A stretch of DNA of 60,240 nt, the filler included. It is 6 parts of 6 records of this genome, joined end to end, with 100 filler letters (N's around TTAATTAATTAA, not from the genome) between each part and the next. Parts side by side here need not be neighbours in the genome. Positions count along the whole stretch, not along the records: positions 1 to 18,545 come from SRR2962707_4307; positions 18,646 to 26,877 come from SRR2962707_4312; 4 more parts are not named here. One strand, 5' to 3'. A program made the translations under genes and the position numbers. Below, piece by piece: positions 10,207 to 20,627 of this stretch. Each line of letters opens with the position of its first letter. The stretch's first letter is position 1. The notes beneath the pieces are model-generated. The model worked only from the letters and a program-made list of their open reading frames with translations, made no database searches and was not told the origin of the DNA.

Positions 10207-10226
10207 CGGTCAAAAACGGTCAAAAG
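10207..10226. promoter_or_regulatory. Tandem 10-bp repeat CGGTCAAAAR upstream of phnW (candidate operator)
   Basis: CGGTCAAAAA-CGGTCAAAAG. A 12-mer 11/12 identical recurs at 14289-14300, upstream of the transporter. Confidence 0.4.
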
Positions 10227-10258
10227 TCCACAAATAAATAAAGACGTTTTGATGACAA

Positions 10259-11959
10259 TCAGCGTTTTCGCCAGGCCTGAGTCTTGCTCTGAATGCCCCG
10301 CGTCAGCAGCATATGCAGCAAGCGGACACCGGCGGCGGTGCAGACAATCATCATCCCCATGGCAGCAGCAGGGGACTGGTCGCCGGCATCATCCATGTTG
10401 AGGACGGCAACGGACGCAAGTGTCGTATCCGATGAATACAAAAATACCACAGCGGACACGGTGGTCATGGCATTCACGAACAGATACATGGAAATGTCGA
10501 GGATGGCAGGGGAGCAGACCGGCACGGTGACACGCCAGAATGTCTTGTAGAACGGTGCTTTCAAAGATTGCGATACAGCCTCGAATTCCGGGTCCATTTG
10601 TTTCAGGGCGGTCACGGCAGACAGGTGCGAAACCGTATAGAAGTGGGTAATGGTACAGATCACCAAAATGGGCATGGTGTGATACAGAAAGCCCAGCGGA
10701 TTGCTCGGGTGGTTGAAAAAGAACACATATGCAAGCCCGAGAACGAGACCCGGAACGGCCATCGGCACCATGCACAGCGCCTGCATGGCTGTACGGCCGG
10801 TCTTGAAGCCGCGGCTCTTTTCCACGAGATAGGCCCCGAAGAAAACGATGGCGGTACCGAAGATCGCCGTCCAGACGGCCAGTTCTATCGAATTGAAATA
10901 CGATGACCAGCCGCCGCCATCCATCAGATCAAAGTTATAGTGTTTGGTCGTCAGGCTGAGGTTATAGGGCCAGAACTGCACCACTGATGAGTATGCGGCC
11001 ATTGCGAGAACCGACAGAATAATAAATCCGATCAGGCAGCAATAAATCAGCATGAGCATATCGAATTGCTTATTCGGTTTCGGCTGAAACGGAACGGCGC
11101 GGGCAGACAGCAATGCGACCTGTTTCCGTTGAACGATCCTGTCGGCGATAAAGGCAAATGCAGCCGGGACCAGCAGTGCCATGGCCACAACAGCGCCCAT
11201 CTGAAAATCATGGCGGCCGACGACCTGTTTATAAACGTCCGTGGCAAGCACGTTGTATTGGCCACCCACGACCTTGGGGACACCAAAATCAGTAATAATC
11301 AGGGTGAATGCGACGAAAAATGCCGATACCAGACCGTAACGCATGCTCGGCAACGTCACGGTGAAAAAGGTTTTTATCTTGCTGGCGCCCAGCACTTCAG
11401 AGGCTTCGTATAGCCTGGCATCGCTCAACGACATGCTTATCAGCATGATCGTCATGACATGCGGGAAGACGTAGAACACTTCACCCATGACAATCCCGAT
11501 CGGGCCATAGAGTTCGGCCCCGAACAACCATTCCTTGATAATTCCCTGGTTCCCAAAAAAGAAAACCAGCGAAATAGCCGGCAGCAGGGACGGCATGAGG
11601 ATGGGGACAAGAGCGACACCCTTGAAGATGCTTTTGAACGGCATGCAGGAACGGGTCAGGGCATATGCATAGATAAATGCAATCACCATAACGATCGCCG
11701 AAGCCAGAAGCGTTACCTTGAAGCTGTTGCCGATCGACCAGGACAGCGCCGGGGTCGTCAGATAGGTGATATAATTGGTTAACCCGATGAATTCGCCCTG
11801 CGAGTTCTGGAAGCTTTTTTCCAGAAGCGCATATAGCGGAAAAGCGATACTGATCAGGAGAAACAGCGCAATTAGGGCCATCGCGCCGCGCATGACAATG
11901 TCATCCCGGCTGATCTTTGCTTTAACGGGCCTTGAAGTGGTGCTTATGACGTCGGACAT
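10259..11959 (-). CDS. Putative 2-aminoethylphosphonate ABC transporter permease (double permease domain, PhnU2-type)
   Basis: Two EAA-type loops (LYEASEVLGAS; FEAVSQSLKAP), TDFGVPKVVGG, many TM helices; adjacent to phnW. Confidence 0.88.
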   Translation of the reverse strand: MSDVISTTSRPVKAKISRDDIVMRGAMALIALFLLISIAFPLYALLEKSFQNSQGEFIGLTNYITYLTTPALSWSIGNSFKVTLLASAIVMVIAFIYAYALTRSCMPFKSIFKGVALVPILMPSLLPAISLVFFFGNQGIIKEWLFGAELYGPIGIVMGEVFYVFPHVMTIMLISMSLSDARLYEASEVLGASKIKTFFTVTLPSMRYGLVSAFFVAFTLIITDFGVPKVVGGQYNVLATDVYKQVVGRHDFQMGAVVAMALLVPAAFAFIADRIVQRKQVALLSARAVPFQPKPNKQFDMLMLIYCCLIGFIILSVLAMAAYSSVVQFWPYNLSLTTKHYNFDLMDGGGWSSYFNSIELAVWTAIFGTAIVFFGAYLVEKSRGFKTGRTAMQALCMVPMAVPGLVLGLAYVFFFNHPSNPLGFLYHTMPILVICTITHFYTVSHLSAVTALKQMDPEFEAVSQSLKAPFYKTFWRVTVPVCSPAILDISMYLFVNAMTTVSAVVFLYSSDTTLASVAVLNMDDAGDQSPAAAMGMMIVCTAAGVRLLHMLLTRGIQSKTQAWRKR

Positions 11960-11963
11960 GGGA

Positions 11964-13061
11964 TCAGCTGTTTCCTGCCGAGTAAACATTCGTCAGGTCA
12001 GCCGGCAGCGCGAGTTGGATTTTATTTCCAATCGTCATATCAATTTCCCGCGCCCGGGCGACGGACACGTCAACCATCAGTTCAGTGCCGGGGCCGTTAA
12101 TTGCGGCGGTATGTACACGGTGAAAAGAGCCAAGGAATTCCACATGATCAATCGTCATTTCCAACTGGTTCTCGGCACCGCTGGCGCGGCTTCCGGTCAA
12201 CACGTTCTCCGGACGTATGCAAAGTACGATTTTGCTTCCAGGTGCTGATTCTGATGGAGCGGCGTCGAGCGAAATATCGATTGAGCCTATACGGGCAGAC
12301 TTTTCTGTAATCAGGTCAGCTTCAATAAAATTGGTAGTTCCGATGAAATCAGCGACAAACGGCGATGCCGGTTCGCTATAGATTTCATAAGGCGAGCCGA
12401 CCTGTTCGATAACGCCATTATTCATGACGACGATACGGTCTGCCATGGTCAAGGCTTCTTCCTGATCGTGTGTCACCATAATCGTGGTAATGCCGATTTT
12501 GCTCTGCAGTTCCTTGATTTCATGGCGCAGATGCGTGCGAACTTTGGCATCCAGAGCCGAAAGCGGTTCATCAAGCAACAGAAGGCCGGGTTCGGTTGCG
12601 AGAGCACGGGCGAGTGCAACACGTTGTTGCTGCCCTCCTGAGAGTTGGGCCGGAAACTTGTCGCCTTGATCAGGCAGGCCTACCAGTTCGAGCAATTCTG
12701 TGACACGTCTCTCTGTCTCCTGTTTAGGGAGTTTCTGGTTCTCAAGCCCGTAAGCGACATTACGTCGCACGGTCAGGTTCGGGAAAAGAGCATAAGACTG
12801 AAAAACAATACCGAAATCACGCGCAGCAGGCGGCAGCTCAGAAATATCTCTGCCTTTTTGGAATACCTTCCCATGGGTCTGAATATCTAGTCCGGCGATC
12901 GCCCGGAGCAGAGTTGTCTTTCCACAACCCGAGGGGCCGAGGAAACAGACAAATTCCTTCTCGAATATATCGAGGGATATATTCTTGAGTGCTGTGAACT
13001 CACCGAATTTCTTGGTGACGTCCGTGATCTTCAGGTACGGCTCGATATTTTCCGATGCCAT
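11964..13061 (-). CDS. Putative 2-aminoethylphosphonate ABC transporter ATP-binding protein (PhnT2-type)
   Basis: Walker [34 protein letters not shown]-terminal TOBE domain. Confidence 0.9.
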   Translation of the reverse strand: MASENIEPYLKITDVTKKFGEFTALKNISLDIFEKEFVCFLGPSGCGKTTLLRAIAGLDIQTHGKVFQKGRDISELPPAARDFGIVFQSYALFPNLTVRRNVAYGLENQKLPKQETERRVTELLELVGLPDQGDKFPAQLSGGQQQRVALARALATEPGLLLLDEPLSALDAKVRTHLRHEIKELQSKIGITTIMVTHDQEEALTMADRIVVMNNGVIEQVGSPYEIYSEPASPFVADFIGTTNFIEADLITEKSARIGSIDISLDAAPSESAPGSKIVLCIRPENVLTGSRASGAENQLEMTIDHVEFLGSFHRVHTAAINGPGTELMVDVSVARAREIDMTIGNKIQLALPADLTNVYSAGNS

Positions 13062-13127
13062 TTTTATCCCTGCCCCCTGCAAGCTGCGATGTAGACTACT
13101 CTAAAGATGTTACAATTTAAATGGATT

Positions 13128-13153
13128 GCCCCGGATGAGTGATCACCCGGGGC
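13128..13153 (-). terminator. Intra-operon stem-loop after the binding-protein gene
   Basis: GCCCCGG...CCGGGGC stem with no strong U tract; such hairpins typically stabilise the SBP portion of the mRNA. Confidence 0.5.
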
Positions 13154-13178
13154 TTTCCAATTCAGAAGTCCGTTCCGA

Positions 13179-14216
13179 TTATTTCGGGTCGGATTTGCTG
13201 TCGTAGCGTTTGCGCCATTCATCCAGAATACGGATGCGGTTGGCAGCGGCCCAGGCAAAATCGTTTTGGATCATTTTGCCTTCGATGCCGGCGGGGAAGT
13301 TCTCAACCGGTTTGGATTTACCTTTCATCGAAACGACGGCATAGGATTCGTTGTACATCGCCATCGCTTTTTCGCTGACAGACCAGTCGGCCAGCTTTTT
13401 CGCAGCGTCCAGTTTCTTGGTGTTGTGAACGATTGCGAAAGCTTCGAGGTCCCAGCCAACGCCCGGCGACGGTGCGATGACTTCAAGCGGTGCCCCTTCG
13501 GACTTCGACTTGGCACCACGATAAGCGAAAGACACGCCGATCGGGGTTTCGCCACGGGCAGCCAGTTTGCAAGGCGCGGAACCGGAGTGCGTGTAGCGCG
13601 AGATGTTCTCGTGAAGCGCATCCATGTACTTCCAGGCAGCATCTTCACCCATCATCTGCATCCAGCTTGAAACGTCGAGGAAGCCGGTCCCGGAAGAGTT
13701 CGGGTTCGGCATGATGACATGACCTTTGTAGACGGGCTTGGTCAGATCGCTCCAATCTGTCGGGATCGGCAGATTGTGTTTCTTGCCTTCAACAGTGTTG
13801 TAGCAGACAGACGCGATCCATGCGCGCTGGCCGACCCACTGCGGGGCTTTGTTGACCTGGTCGTAGAATTTGGGTTCGAGTTTATCGAGGCCCTTCGGGG
13901 CATAGCCCTGGAAGTAACCCTCGTTACCCAGCAGCATCAGGCTGGTGGCTGCCAAGCCCCAGACGACGTCTGCCTGCGGGTTGTCTTTTTCAGCCATCAG
14001 TTTGGACGTAACGATCCCCGTGGAGTCGCGGATCCAGTTGATGGTGATGCCCGGGTTGTCGCTTTCGAAGGCTTTCTTGAAGCCTGCCAGTTCATCGGCT
14101 TCAACGGCGGTATAGACCGTCAGATCAACAGCCTTGGCCGGTGCCGCAGCAAAGATACCAAGTGCTGCGGCGCCAAAAGCCATGCTCTTGAGCAATTTTG
14201 CTAATCCTGCATTCAT
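13179..14216 (-). CDS. aepX: Putative 2-aminoethylphosphonate ABC transporter substrate-binding protein (AepX/PhnS2-type)
   Basis: Signal peptide, LTVYTAVE, WIRDSTG, WGLAATS, MPNPNSSGTG, YTHSGS; RBS AGGAG before ATG 14216. Confidence 0.85.
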   Translation of the reverse strand: MNAGLAKLLKSMAFGAAALGIFAAAPAKAVDLTVYTAVEADELAGFKKAFESDNPGITINWIRDSTGIVTSKLMAEKDNPQADVVWGLAATSLMLLGNEGYFQGYAPKGLDKLEPKFYDQVNKAPQWVGQRAWIASVCYNTVEGKKHNLPIPTDWSDLTKPVYKGHVIMPNPNSSGTGFLDVSSWMQMMGEDAAWKYMDALHENISRYTHSGSAPCKLAARGETPIGVSFAYRGAKSKSEGAPLEVIAPSPGVGWDLEAFAIVHNTKKLDAAKKLADWSVSEKAMAMYNESYAVVSMKGKSKPVENFPAGIEGKMIQNDFAWAAANRIRILDEWRKRYDSKSDPK

Positions 14217-14530
14217 TATTGTTACTCCTAAGTTCCCTGGTTGCAGTCGTGATAAAATATCAAACAGGCAAAAAGCCAATATTGTCAACAAAACCGGTCA
14301 TGGTGAATTTTGCACATTAATCAGCCGTTGAATTAAAGATGCTGTTTGCAGAAGCATTTTTTTTGCTATTTGCCATTATGCGTGAAGACTAGCCAATCTG
14401 AGGCGTCCGGGGTAGGGGAAATCGACTCATATTAAAACTTTAAAGTCGGTTGGCACCTGTTATGAATTGCGCACTGATGTATAACGCCTTAACGCAGATT
14501 ATAGCGCGATGATCGATTGGGAACGGATAC

Positions 14531-15295
14531 ATGTTAGCTGAAGAGAGACGGGCGAGAATCCTGGATTTCGTCAACGAGAGAGGGTCAGTCTCCGTCAGCG
14601 ATTTGCATCGGCGGCTCAAAGTATCTCAGGAAACTATTCGTCGTGATATTACCAAGCTTGCGCAGGATGCAAGGTTGCGGAAAACCCACGGCGGCGCGCT
14701 CGCACTTGATCATTCAGAGCCTATTTTTGATGAACGTATGGCCGTCAACATCGAGGGCAAGCGGGCGATCGGCCGTGTAGCTGCGGAAATGGTGACAGAT
14801 GATTCCAAGTTGTTGATCGATTCCGGTACGACAACCTTATGTCTTGCTGAATCCCTGGCAGACCGTCGACGGCTGACGATTTACACCAACGACATCCATA
14901 TCGCGCAACGGCTGGGGGGGCGGAACGATAACAGTGTATTCCTGACCGGCGGAGAACTGCTGGCCAGTGAAGGGGCACTCGTTGGGCGTGATGCCACAGC
15001 CATGCTCGCCAATTACTACCCTGACTTCAGTTTTGTTGGCGCGGCGGCGTTTTCAAATTTTCCGTGGCTGATGGACTATACGCGTGAAGCTGCAGAATTG
15101 CGCACGCAGATGCTGTCACAGGCAAGAACCAAGGTGGTCCTTGTTGATCATACGAAATTTGGACGAACGGCGCCTGTGAAGGTTTCCGGTTTGGAAGATG
15201 TTGATATCATCATCACAGACATCCCCCTGAAAGGGGAAATCAAGAACGGCCTCGCAAAACTTTCAGCCGAGATTCTGATCGCAAGCGAAGTCTAA
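14531..15295 (+). CDS. DeoR/GlpR family transcriptional regulator
   Basis: ERRARIL...VSQETIRRDI HTH, THGGA, DSGTT and DHTKFG motifs. Confidence 0.92.
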   Translation: MLAEERRARILDFVNERGSVSVSDLHRRLKVSQETIRRDITKLAQDARLRKTHGGALALDHSEPIFDERMAVNIEGKRAIGRVAAEMVTDDSKLLIDSGTTTLCLAESLADRRRLTIYTNDIHIAQRLGGRNDNSVFLTGGELLASEGALVGRDATAMLANYYPDFSFVGAAAFSNFPWLMDYTREAAELRTQMLSQARTKVVLVDHTKFGRTAPVKVSGLEDVDIIITDIPLKGEIKNGLAKLSAEILIASEV

Positions 15296-15311
15296 GAACA
15301 CTCTGTTCGCT

Positions 15312-16028
15312 CTATTCCGGCTTTGCTGTAATTGTTTCGCCATGCAATTCGCAATCGGCCTGGGCCAGCTTGACGAATTCATGGGCAATGCTTTCCGGGG
15401 TTGGCAGCGTTTCAGGGTCTTCGCCCGGCATGGCTGCCGCACGCATCCCCGTTTTGGTCGGACCCGGGTTGAGCAGATTGACGCGGATATCGGTTTTCTG
15501 CGTTTCTTCGGCATAGACTTTGGCCAACATTTCCAACCCTGCCTTGGATATGGCATATGCGCTCCAGAAGGCACGGGGCTGATGGCCGACTGTTGAGGTC
15601 ACATATATGGCCCTGCCGCTATCTGAAGCGCGGAGCAGGGGATCCATTGACCGGGTGAGCCGCCAGCAGGCTGTCAGATTCACACTCATCACGTCGTTCC
15701 AGACTTTCGGGTCCAGCTGATGGATCGGCGTCAGCACACCCAATAGCCCGGCATTGGCGACCATGACGTCCAGCTTTCCGAAGCGTTCATACATGGCGGC
15801 ACCGACCTTATCGATGGCATCGAAATCTCTCAGATCGAGCGGGATCAATGTGGATTCAACGCCGCATGACGCGCGGATTTCATCGTCGAGTTCTTCAAGT
15901 GCCCCGCGTGTCCGGGCAATCAATATGGGGTGCGCGCCTTCTTCAGCAAAGCGCTTAGCTACTGCGCGACCGATACCGCGCGATGCACCCGTAATCAGGG
16001 CGATACGTCCATCCAGGCATTTAGGCAT
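15312..16028 (-). CDS. Short-chain dehydrogenase (YciK-like)
   Basis: TGASRGIG, NAG and YAISK motifs; this SDR is commonly found downstream of purF in Alphaproteobacteria. Confidence 0.85.
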   Translation of the reverse strand: MPKCLDGRIALITGASRGIGRAVAKRFAEEGAHPILIARTRGALEELDDEIRASCGVESTLIPLDLRDFDAIDKVGAAMYERFGKLDVMVANAGLLGVLTPIHQLDPKVWNDVMSVNLTACWRLTRSMDPLLRASDSGRAIYVTSTVGHQPRAFWSAYAISKAGLEMLAKVYAEETQKTDIRVNLLNPGPTKTGMRAAAMPGEDPETLPTPESIAHEFVKLAQADCELHGETITAKPE

Positions 16029-16043
16029 TGAAGATATTCCCGT

Positions 16044-17531
16044 CTAATCCCGTTCGGCGAGAAGGGACAACTGTTTCGGTAAGCCGCCGCCTTCTCGGTC
16101 GACAAGCGGGATCGGATATTCGCCTGTAAAACAGGCATCGCAATACTGTGGCTGTTCGGTGTCGCGTCGGGCTTCGCCGACGGCGCGGTAGAGTCCGTCT
16201 ATGGAGATGAACGCAAGGCTATCCACACCGATGATGTCCGCCATCCCCTGAACATCATGCTGAGACGCCATAAGCTGTTCACGTTCTGGTGTGTCGATGC
16301 CGTAAAAACACGAGTGCGTAGTGGGCGGTGATGAAATCCGCATGTGCACTTCTGTGGCACCGGCAGCGCGGACCATTTCGACGATCTTTGTCGACGTCGT
16401 ACCGCGCACGATGGAATCGTCTACAAGAATGACCCGCTTGCCCTTGATTGAACCGATATTCGCATTGTGTTTCAGACGGACACCCAGGTTGCGGATCTGA
16501 GCCGTCGGCTCGATAAAGGTACGTCCGACGTAATGATTCCGGATGATGCCGAGTTCGAAAGGTATTTCCGATTCCTGCGCATAGCCAATCGCCGAGGGCA
16601 CGCCACTGTCCGGCACTGGGACAATCACATCGGCATCAACATGACTTTCACGAGCCAATTCCTTGCCGATGTTCTTGCGAACGGCATATACGTGCCTGCC
16701 TTCGATCATGCTGTCGGGGCGGGCAAAGTAGATATATTCAAAAATACAGAAACGCCGCGGTTTCTTTGAGAACGGCTTCAATGAGTGCAGCCCGTTTTCA
16801 TCGATGATGACGATTTCACCGGGATCAATGTCCCGTACGAATTTGGCGCCAAGGATGTCCAGCGCACAGGTTTCCGAGGTAATGATATAGGCCTCGCCCA
16901 ATCTGCCGATAACCAAAGGGCGTACGCCGTGTGGATCGCGTACCCCGATCAGCTTCTTGCCGGTCATGGCAACAAGTGAAAAGGCGCCTTCGATCTGGGA
17001 TATGGCATCCGTCAGACGATCAACCACTCTGCCGTATTCGCTCCGGGCGATCAGGTGAATGATGGTTTCAGTGTCACTGGTCGACTGGAAGATGCTGCCG
17101 CGTTCAATCAGGGCGCGGCGCACTGCATATGAATTTGTCAGATTGCCGTTATGTGCGACGGCAAGCCCCCCGAACTTGAATTCGGCGAACAGCGGCTGCA
17201 CGTTGCGGATGACTGTATCGCCGGTTGTCGAATATCTGACATGGCCAATGGCGACGCTGCCGGCTAACTGCGAGATAACCGCTTCTGTTGAAAAGTTGTC
17301 GCCAACCAGACCAAGGGCACGGTGGCTGTTAAACTGCTCCCCGTCATAGGAAACGATCCCGACAGCTTCCTGACCACGGTGCTGGAGTGCGTGCAAGCCC
17401 AGCGCGGTATGGGCGGCTGCATCAACATGCCCGTAAATACCGAATAGTCCGCATTCCTCGTGCGGGTGGTCGTCATCGAGGAGAGAGTCCATGGAATTCA
17501 TCATTGCGGGTATCCTAGCGTTATCGCTCAC
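16044..17531 (-). CDS. purF: Amidophosphoribosyltransferase
   Basis: Propeptide-EECG, LQHRGQE, GHVRYST, PVPDSG and LVDDSIVRGTT motifs. Confidence 0.97.
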   Translation of the reverse strand: MSDNARIPAMMNSMDSLLDDDHPHEECGLFGIYGHVDAAAHTALGLHALQHRGQEAVGIVSYDGEQFNSHRALGLVGDNFSTEAVISQLAGSVAIGHVRYSTTGDTVIRNVQPLFAEFKFGGLAVAHNGNLTNSYAVRRALIERGSIFQSTSDTETIIHLIARSEYGRVVDRLTDAISQIEGAFSLVAMTGKKLIGVRDPHGVRPLVIGRLGEAYIITSETCALDILGAKFVRDIDPGEIVIIDENGLHSLKPFSKKPRRFCIFEYIYFARPDSMIEGRHVYAVRKNIGKELARESHVDADVIVPVPDSGVPSAIGYAQESEIPFELGIIRNHYVGRTFIEPTAQIRNLGVRLKHNANIGSIKGKRVILVDDSIVRGTTSTKIVEMVRAAGATEVHMRISSPPTTHSCFYGIDTPEREQLMASQHDVQGMADIIGVDSLAFISIDGLYRAVGEARRDTEQPQYCDACFTGEYPIPLVDREGGGLPKQLSLLAERD

Positions 17532-18184
17532 TGATTGGAACCTGTGCCGTCGATCAGCCGCTCAAGGTTCTTACGCTGATCTGCATTGTAGCCATCAAGG
17601 GCCGGCGCGTCTTGCTGTTTTGGTGTTGGCGACAGCAAACCTTTAACGTCGATGTTGGTTTTGCTGCCGGTTGCCGATTTTCCGGAAATTTGATCCGGTA
17701 CCAGGCTTTTAAGTAGTTCGGCACCGGGTTTTATCAACTGCATGGTCCGGGCTTCACGAATTATTGCGGGATGATCCTCTTCGGGCATGATCAGTTCCAG
17801 CCCGATATAGGCGACGCACACAAGAACAGCGCCGCGCGCAAGGCCAAAAAGAAATCCGAGGGAGCGATCAAGGACGTTCAGTGCGCTCGCTTGCACTTGT
17901 TTCGCTATTCCGCGGGTAATCAGCGAGAGAAAAACCAACGTGACGATAAAGATGACCGTCCCGGCGACAAGATCGGCGGCAAGATCAAGCGAGATATATT
18001 TCCGCGCAAAGGGCTTGGCATATGGAAAGCCGTAAAAGGTCGCGAAAATCGCCCCGACCCAACCGCCGACGGAGAGCACTTCGTGTACGAACCCGCGCGC
18101 ATAGGCGAGAACGGCTGAAACCAGAAGAACAAGAAGGACGCCGATATCGACGACATTGATCGGAAGATCGTTCATTGAGTCCAT
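17528..18184 (-). CDS. cvpA: CvpA family membrane protein
   Basis: RGFVHEVLS and DRSLGFLFGLARG motifs; radA-cvpA-purF synteny. Confidence 0.9.
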   Translation of the reverse strand: MDSMNDLPINVVDIGVLLVLLVSAVLAYARGFVHEVLSVGGWVGAIFATFYGFPYAKPFARKYISLDLAADLVAGTVIFIVTLVFLSLITRGIAKQVQASALNVLDRSLGFLFGLARGAVLVCVAYIGLELIMPEEDHPAIIREARTMQLIKPGAELLKSLVPDQISGKSATGSKTNIDVKGLLSPTPKQQDAPALDGYNADQRKNLERLIDGTGSNQ

Positions 18185-18193
18185 CGTGCGCTC

Positions 18194-18545
18194 TTAACCC
18201 ATCGCCCGGTGGGCCCGGGATGTGGGCAGAATAGCATCTGCAAGCTCGCGTAGATGCGAAATTTCAATCATCTCAAGATCATGGTCGGTGTTTTTGGCGC
18301 GCTTCGACGAGCGTATGCGGGGCACGATGGCACGGGTAAATCCCAACTTGGCGGCCTCCTTAAGACGCGCGTCGATCCTCGAAACGGGCCGGATCTCGCC
18401 GGACAATCCGATTTCACCGAAGATTACCGTGGGGCCGGAAATCGCATCGCCGCTTTCAGATGAGAGCAGGGCGGCGGCAACGGCAAGATCGGCTGCCGGC
18501 TCAGAAATCTTCAATCCGCCGGCGACGTTCAGGTACACATCCAGC
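18194..18545 (-). CDS. radA: DNA repair protein RadA/Sms, C-terminal part (5' truncated)
   Basis: DVYLNVAGGLKISEPAADLAVA, FGEIGLSGEIR and RLKEAAKLGF motifs. Confidence 0.93.
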
Positions 18546-18645
18546 NNNNNNNNNNNNNNNNNNNNNNNNNNNNNNNNNNNNNNNNNNNNTTAATTAATTA
18601 ANNNNNNNNNNNNNNNNNNNNNNNNNNNNNNNNNNNNNNNNNNNN
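18546..18645. other. Artificial contig linker
   Basis: N44-TTAATTAATTAA-N44, with stops in all six frames. Confidence 0.98.
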
Positions 18646-18646
18646 G

Positions 18647-19240
18647 GCCAACCAGTTCGACAATGTCGCCAACCGTCAGGCCCATGTGAAGACCACGGCA
18701 CCTGAAATCTGGCGCGACACCGACGGCAAGGTTGACGGATTCATTTGCGCCGTCGGCTCCGGCGGCACACTGGCCGGTGTTGCCGAAGGGCTTCGTGGCT
18801 ATTCGAAGTCGGTCAAGATCGGCCTTGCAGACCCCGATGGCGCCGCACTGTACAATTTCTACACCACCGGCGAGATGAAATCCTCCGGCGGGTCGATCAC
18901 CGAAGGCATCGGCCAGGGACGGATCACCGCCAATCTGGAAGGGTTTACGCCCGACATGTCGTTCAACATTCCCGATTCGGAAGCCATTCCGCTGGTGTTC
19001 GATCTTCTGGAAAACGAAGGTCTCTGCCTTGGCGGCTCATCGGGCATCAACGTCGCCGGAGCGATTCGCATGGCGCGCGAGATGGGACCAGGCCACACCA
19101 TCGTGACCATCCTGTGCGATTACGGAAACCGCTACCAGTCCAAGCTGTTCAATCCGGAGTTTCTGGCGTCCAAGGACTTGCCGGTGCCAGAATGGCTGAC
19201 CCGCAAGAGCGACATTTCTGTCCCCTACATCACCGAATGA
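18647..19240 (+). CDS. cysK: Cysteine synthase A (5' truncated)
   Basis: ANQFDNVAN, TTAPEIW, AVGSGGT, TEGIGQG, GGSSG and ILCDYGNRY motifs. Confidence 0.92.
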   Translation, partial: ANQFDNVANRQAHVKTTAPEIWRDTDGKVDGFICAVGSGGTLAGVAEGLRGYSKSVKIGLADPDGAALYNFYTTGEMKSSGGSITEGIGQGRITANLEGFTPDMSFNIPDSEAIPLVFDLLENEGLCLGGSSGINVAGAIRMAREMGPGHTIVTILCDYGNRYQSKLFNPEFLASKDLPVPEWLTRKSDISVPYITE

Positions 19241-19246
19241 GTTCCA

Positions 19247-19972
19247 ATGACCGCTCTTTTTCTTGAAGACGCTTATCTCTCGACTGTCGAAGCACATGTC
19301 ACCGGCTTGAGAGAGGATGGCGGCATCATGCTCGACCAGACCTGCTTTTACGCGACCTCCGGCGGCCAGCCCGGGGACACCGGTTTTCTCGAGCGCGAGA
19401 ACGGCGACAAGATCCAGATCGCCGGCACAGTCACCGGCGACACCAAGTCCGAGATCATCCTTGTACCGGCACCCGGCCAGGCAGTGCCTGCGGTCGGTGA
19501 GAAACTGGTCCAGCACATCGACTGGGACCGGCGCTACCGATTGATGCGCATGCACACCGCCTGCCATCTGCTCTCGGTGGTCTGCCCATACCCGATCACC
19601 GGTGCCGCCGTCAGCGAAACCGACAGCCGCATAGATTTTGACATGACCGACACCATCGACAAGGCCGAAGTCACGGCCAAACTGATGGAACTGGTCAACG
19701 CCAATCATCCAATTTTCAATCAATGGATCTCGGAAGAAGAGCTGAACGCCAATCCGGATCTGATCAAATCCAAGAATGTCCGCCCGCCACGCGGTCAGGG
19801 CGACATCCGGCTGGTCTGCATCGGTGAAGGCTCGTCAATCGACAGCCAGCCCTGCGGCGGTACCCATGTTGGCGAGACCGCCGAAGTCGGTGAAATTCAC
19901 ATCGGCAAGATCGAGAAGAAGGGCAAGGAAAACCGCCGCTTCCGCATCCGCTTCGGCCCGCTTCCTGCCTGA
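19247..19972 (+). CDS. alaX: Freestanding alanyl-tRNA editing protein (AlaX-M)
   Basis: FYATSGGQPGDTG, RMHTACHLL and QPCGGTHV (HxxxH/CxxxH Zn ligands). Confidence 0.92.
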   Translation: MTALFLEDAYLSTVEAHVTGLREDGGIMLDQTCFYATSGGQPGDTGFLERENGDKIQIAGTVTGDTKSEIILVPAPGQAVPAVGEKLVQHIDWDRRYRLMRMHTACHLLSVVCPYPITGAAVSETDSRIDFDMTDTIDKAEVTAKLMELVNANHPIFNQWISEEELNANPDLIKSKNVRPPRGQGDIRLVCIGEGSSIDSQPCGGTHVGETAEVGEIHIGKIEKKGKENRRFRIRFGPLPA

Positions 19973-20064
19973 TCGCGCTGCTCCACCCCTCGAGCCATAC
20001 GGTGTTTCGTTTCACCAAGGCGTGGTGCATTTTTTTCAGGTTGCAGACAACCTTAGATACCCAT

Positions 20065-20079
20065 TTAACAACTCGTTAA
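20065..20079. promoter_or_regulatory. CtrA box
   Basis: TTAA-CAACTCG-TTAA matches TTAA-N7-TTAA; upstream of the orphan ORF at 20140. Confidence 0.55.
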
Positions 20080-20139
20080 AACAAGCGGCGTAGGTGTAAA
20101 TCTGCGCCATGGAAGCATCTTGAACTTCATGGCCTGTGA

Positions 20140-20607
20140 ATGAACGCCGTGATCGAGGCCAGTCTGGCTTCGCGCCGAACATTGAAAAGCCAACTGATGC
20201 CATCCATTCAAGCCAGATCCTACCCGGTTTCAGCAATGGTGCCCAGCGCGCTGCCCGTTCAGCCTGCCGCCAACACCAGCAAAACCGCCACTCAAAAGAC
20301 AGATGCAGTCGCCCCAACCGGCTCGGGCACTTCGGTTTCCGATCGGGTTTCGGCATTCCTTGCCAGCGACACCGCGATCGAAAAAACCGCCAATCGGCCC
20401 GACCGCCCACCGCCACCTCCCGGTGGAGGAAAAGGCCCTGAAGGGGCCGGCAGAAGCGGAGCGTCCAGCGAAACCGAAACGGCCCTTCTGTTGCTGGAAA
20501 CCGATGCGGAAGAAGACACCGATCAGGTTGACGAAGATACAGAAGCGCAAACCACTGCGATCCTGTTTGACGAAGCCAAAACCTACTATCCCACGTCAAT
20601 CTACTAA
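20140..20607 (+). CDS. Hypothetical low-complexity protein (start may be ATG 20197)
   Basis: Open frame between alaX and sseA, followed by a terminator; Pro/Gly linker and acidic tail. Confidence 0.5.
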   Translation: MNAVIEASLASRRTLKSQLMPSIQARSYPVSAMVPSALPVQPAANTSKTATQKTDAVAPTGSGTSVSDRVSAFLASDTAIEKTANRPDRPPPPPGGGKGPEGAGRSGASSETETALLLLETDAEEDTDQVDEDTEAQTTAILFDEAKTYYPTSIY

Positions 20608-20627
20608 GTTGGCAAAATATGCATTGG

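Noticed and set aside
10241-10258. Pho-box-like TTGTCATCAAAACGTCTT upstream of phnW
   Set aside because: Only one good half-site; the similar sequence near 14282-14301 has 13-bp rather than 11-bp spacing. Not excluded, but unsupported.
14451-14466. TGGCAC as a sigma54 promoter upstream of deoR
   Set aside because: The -12 position reads ATGA rather than TTGC; the nearby TTGC is at the wrong spacing.
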